In this document: positions 17,587 to 20,000 of the stretch, piece by piece
How the letters are laid out: each line of letters starts with the position of its first letter
Numbering within the stretch: position 1 is the stretch's first letter
Virus record (IMG/VR): IMGVR_UViG_3300003702_000449
DNA: 20,000 bases
Reading direction: 5' to 3' (one strand)
DNA from: an uncultured virus (IMG/VR IMGVR_UViG_3300003702_000449)
Lineage: Duplodnaviria > Heunggongvirae > Uroviricota > Caudoviricetes
The notes under the pieces: model-generated
What the model saw: only the letters and a program-made list of their open reading frames with translations
Told to the model about the DNA's origin: nothing
Database searches by the model: none
Made by a program: the position numbers and the translations under genes

Positions 17587-18615
17587 TTAAGGTATAACTA
17601 TTTCACTTAGTATAGTATTCCCAGAGAAAATTACCACAATCCACTTACCTGGGGGTGCCCAAACATCAAATAATCCAGTAGTAGATCCCTCAAATACAAA
17701 AGTTTCTAGTACTCCTTGAGTATTATAAGTCCAACTTGTAGAATTTATCCAAGGTATACTAAGACTAGTAGGATTAAATCTGTACTCATTTATGCAGTAA
17801 GTCCAAAGATAGTTAGATTCTACACTTTTATCGTACTTCATACCTCTAGCAGGAGCAATTCTATAAAAGGCTACAGGCTTTTGAGTAAAACAGCCATTAT
17901 CATTACCATCACTAGTTACAGCATCAGTAGACCCATTTCTCTGCCATAACTGTACTACTGTAGGCATACCTAATCCCCTAGATATATAAGTAGAACTAAA
18001 ACTTAACTTACCATCTACCACTGTAGGTCCACTAGAAAAATCAAGATTATCAGGAGTTCCTATAATTTGCTCAGAACTTACTACTGAGTACTGGGGTAGA
18101 GGAGTAGGAGTAGGAGTAACTAAAATAGGAGTTGGAGTAACAGTAACTGGTATTGTAGGAGTAGGAGTAAGGATTACAGGAGTAGGAGTTGGAAGATTTA
18201 TAAGTTGCCAGGCTCCATTTCTAAAAATCTGCTGTCCATCTGGAGTAAGTTGTCCTTCCTGAGGACCAGTAGGAGTAGGAATAAGAACAGGTGTAGGTGT
18301 AGGTGTAGGAGGAACTAAGACACTTATCGGAGTAGGAGTAGGAGGACCTAAAGTTGGAGTAGGACTAGGAGGGGGCAGTAAAACTACTCTAGAAATAGGA
18401 GTCACAGTAGGATCTATAGGAACTATAGTACCTGGATCCACTACTAAAGTTTCTACAATAGTTGGCTCAGGAGTAAGAGTCTTTAAAAACATAACTTCAG
18501 GCTTAGACTCAGAAGAGGCCTCTCCACATGCAACTAGACCCATACTAATCAGACAAAACATCAGACTTAAGACTAAGATGGATGATCTCCAATATCTTTT
18601 CATTATAAGTAGCAT
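17587..18615 (-). CDS. Pro/Thr-rich lipoprotein
   Basis: Basic N-terminus, hydrophobic stretch, lipobox LVA-C; long PTPTP linker; globular beta-type C-terminal domain. True start may be ATG 18603. Confidence 0.85.
   Translation of the reverse strand: MLLIMKRYWRSSILVLSLMFCLISMGLVACGEASSESKPEVMFLKTLTPEPTIVETLVVDPGTIVPIDPTVTPISRVVLLPPPSPTPTLGPPTPTPISVLVPPTPTPTPVLIPTPTGPQEGQLTPDGQQIFRNGAWQLINLPTPTPVILTPTPTIPVTVTPTPILVTPTPTPLPQYSVVSSEQIIGTPDNLDFSSGPTVVDGKLSFSSTYISRGLGMPTVVQLWQRNGSTDAVTSDGNDNGCFTQKPVAFYRIAPARGMKYDKSVESNYLWTYCINEYRFNPTSLSIPWINSTSWTYNTQGVLETFVFEGSTTGLFDVWAPPGKWIVVIFSGNTILSEIVIP
18095..18375 (-). repeat. PTPTP low-complexity repeats in the lipoprotein
   Basis: Recurrent ggagta/ggtgta hexamers on the + strand encoding Thr-Pro. 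Confidence 0.8.
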
Positions 18616-19600
18616 TTAAATCCTCCAACTCTATATAAGTAAACTTTTCAGGTATCCCAGCATCTAAGTATCTCTCTTCAATAAAACCTGCCAACCTCCT
18701 AGTACCCAACGAATAGAACGAATTATATATACTGGAACCCACATAGACATGATAAGTAGGCATAAGCCTCCCAAAACTACCAACACTAGTAGGAAGACAA
18801 CCATCCGCATCTTTGACATATAACCTATTCTCTAGTCCAATTAAACTATAATATCCATTAGTACTAATAGTTTCATAAGGATCCCCAGGAAACTTATTAG
18901 TAATAACTAAATCTATTCTATCATCAATTATACCTAATTCTCTAGCTAGGACCGATCCCCAGGCTTCTCCATAGGCAATAATTTGCGGGCTGTTATAAGT
19001 AACTGTAATATAGTCCAGAACTGAGCTAATTTCATTAAGGACATAGGCTTGAAAAGTAACTGGACTATTACCATAACTAGAACTAGAACTAAGAACAGAC
19101 TCAGACCTACTAGGGAGATAGGGAATAATAAGACCAAACTCAGACCCAGCCAATAATGATTCTTCTTTAGTAAAGTCTGCATATGGACCAGAACCCCGTA
19201 GATATAGAATGAAAGTCTCAGTAGGTATAGGATTATCCACATCCTGGTACCTTTCCCTAAGCCAGAAAGTGACAAGTTGTCCATCAAGTTTCCCCTTTAG
19301 AGTTATTTCAGTTAAACCCTGGCTTATACCAGTTCTAGCCAGGACCTCAATCTTATTCTTAACTCTTATAGTGATTTTAGGAGTAGTTCCCATAAATCCA
19401 AGTCCAGAATCTAAAGCTACTTTCCCACATACAACATTATTCTTGGCATACAGTTGGTATTCTGCATCCTTCCTTTCAATAATCTGGTCTAAAGTAGTCC
19501 CAGATCCACCTGCTAAAGCACTGAATCCACAGTACATACCTACCATCATAACAACTCCAAGACCTACCAGAAGCCAAAACACTATATACTCTCCACCCAC
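18545..19600 (-). CDS. Membrane-anchored protein, possible degenerate alpha/beta-hydrolase fold
   Basis: N-terminal TM helix; FILYLRGSG and IIAYGEAWGSVLA...RIDLVI resemble oxyanion and nucleophile-elbow regions. Confidence 0.75.
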   Translation of the reverse strand: MGGEYIVFWLLVGLGVVMMVGMYCGFSALAGGSGTTLDQIIERKDAEYQLYAKNNVVCGKVALDSGLGFMGTTPKITIRVKNKIEVLARTGISQGLTEITLKGKLDGQLVTFWLRERYQDVDNPIPTETFILYLRGSGPYADFTKEESLLAGSEFGLIIPYLPSRSESVLSSSSSYGNSPVTFQAYVLNEISSVLDYITVTYNSPQIIAYGEAWGSVLARELGIIDDRIDLVITNKFPGDPYETISTNGYYSLIGLENRLYVKDADGCLPTSVGSFGRLMPTYHVYVGSSIYNSFYSLGTRRLAGFIEERYLDAGIPEKFTYIELEDLNATYNEKILEIIHLSLKSDVLSD

Positions 19601-19911
19601 AAATTCCTGAAACTAGACAAGTCTAGATGACTCCAACCTATTCTAAATTCATAGAAACAAGGCCTACAACAGAAAATATTATTATGTCCCCTCTTTTTCA
19701 TTACTCTTCTAAGAGATTCTCGGATAGTTTTGAAGGTTCCACAGTTAGGACACTTAAAACTCCAAGTTTCTGCTGCATAAATGTCAGTCCAGCACTCTCT
19801 GGAACAGGATTTAGCTATCTTAGAACCTGTGTCTTTCCCACATGCTAAACAATTAGTGTTGGAAGATTTAGATCTCCCTATCCTATCAGCAACAGCAGTT
19901 TCCAGATTCAA
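19582..19911 (-). CDS. Cys-rich zinc-finger protein, probably 5'-truncated by the inverted repeat
   Basis: CLAC...SCSREC and CPNC...FCCRPC; frame stays open upstream (QILNDLNLET), which resembles the tail of an HTH. Confidence 0.7.
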   Translation of the reverse strand: MNLETAVADRIGRSKSSNTNCLACGKDTGSKIAKSCSRECWTDIYAAETWSFKCPNCGTFKTIRESLRRVMKKRGHNNIFCCRPCFYEFRIGWSHLDLSSFRNLWVESI

Positions 19912-20000
19912 GTCATTAAGTATCTGAAAACTGCTGTTGCTGATAGGATAGGGAGATCTAAATCTTCCAACACTAATTGTTTAGCATGTGGGAAAGACAC
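19829..20000. repeat. Long inverted repeat (fold-back): arms 19829-19907 and 19922-20000, 14-nt spacer
   Basis: 79-bp arms are reverse complements with one mismatch (19902/19927); the right arm runs off the window edge. Confidence 0.97.

Larger units (their letters stand above)
1..20000 (-). mobile_element. Probable virus/provirus genome segment (structural module) of a non-tailed, possibly spindle-shaped-like bacterial virus
   Basis: Single-strand, tightly coupled gene array; no housekeeping genes; capsid-like hydrophobic protein, small basic proteins, giant adhesin-like and membrane proteins; no recognisable terminase/portal/HK97 capsid/tail genes in the window. Confidence 0.75.

Noticed and set aside
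16335..19848. Plus-strand ORFs 16335-16673, 16402-16596, 17716-17949, 19209-19610, 19627-19848 and nested minus ORF 18946-19287
   Set aside because: Fully overlap better-supported minus-strand genes.

Overview
Gene-dense, AT-rich, CpG-depleted window with all credible genes on the minus strand, mostly translationally coupled. It looks like the structural module of a virus rather than chromosomal DNA. A 65-aa two-helix hydrophobic protein (17222-17419) resembles the major capsid protein of archaeal spindle-shaped viruses (SSV1 VP1-like), yet it sits in a bacterial expression unit: a perfect TTGACA-N17-TATAAT promoter, an AGGAGG RBS and an intrinsic terminator. A Pro/Thr-rich lipoprotein and an InlB B-repeat hint at a Chloroflexota host (inference). 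Downstream are two wHTH-like proteins, four tiny Lys-rich proteins, a 2114-aa protein, secreted/membrane proteins and an unlisted giant ORF (<1-6790, at least 2263 aa). That giant adhesin-like gene seems built by nested insertion: about 5.3 kb appears to split a propeller/DNRLRE gene whose first half is the 430-aa ORF, and two DNRLRE-like modules are each clamped by CP...PCA cysteine pairs. The right end folds back on itself (inverted repeat), most likely an amplification/assembly artifact. All homology calls are by eye; no searches were run.
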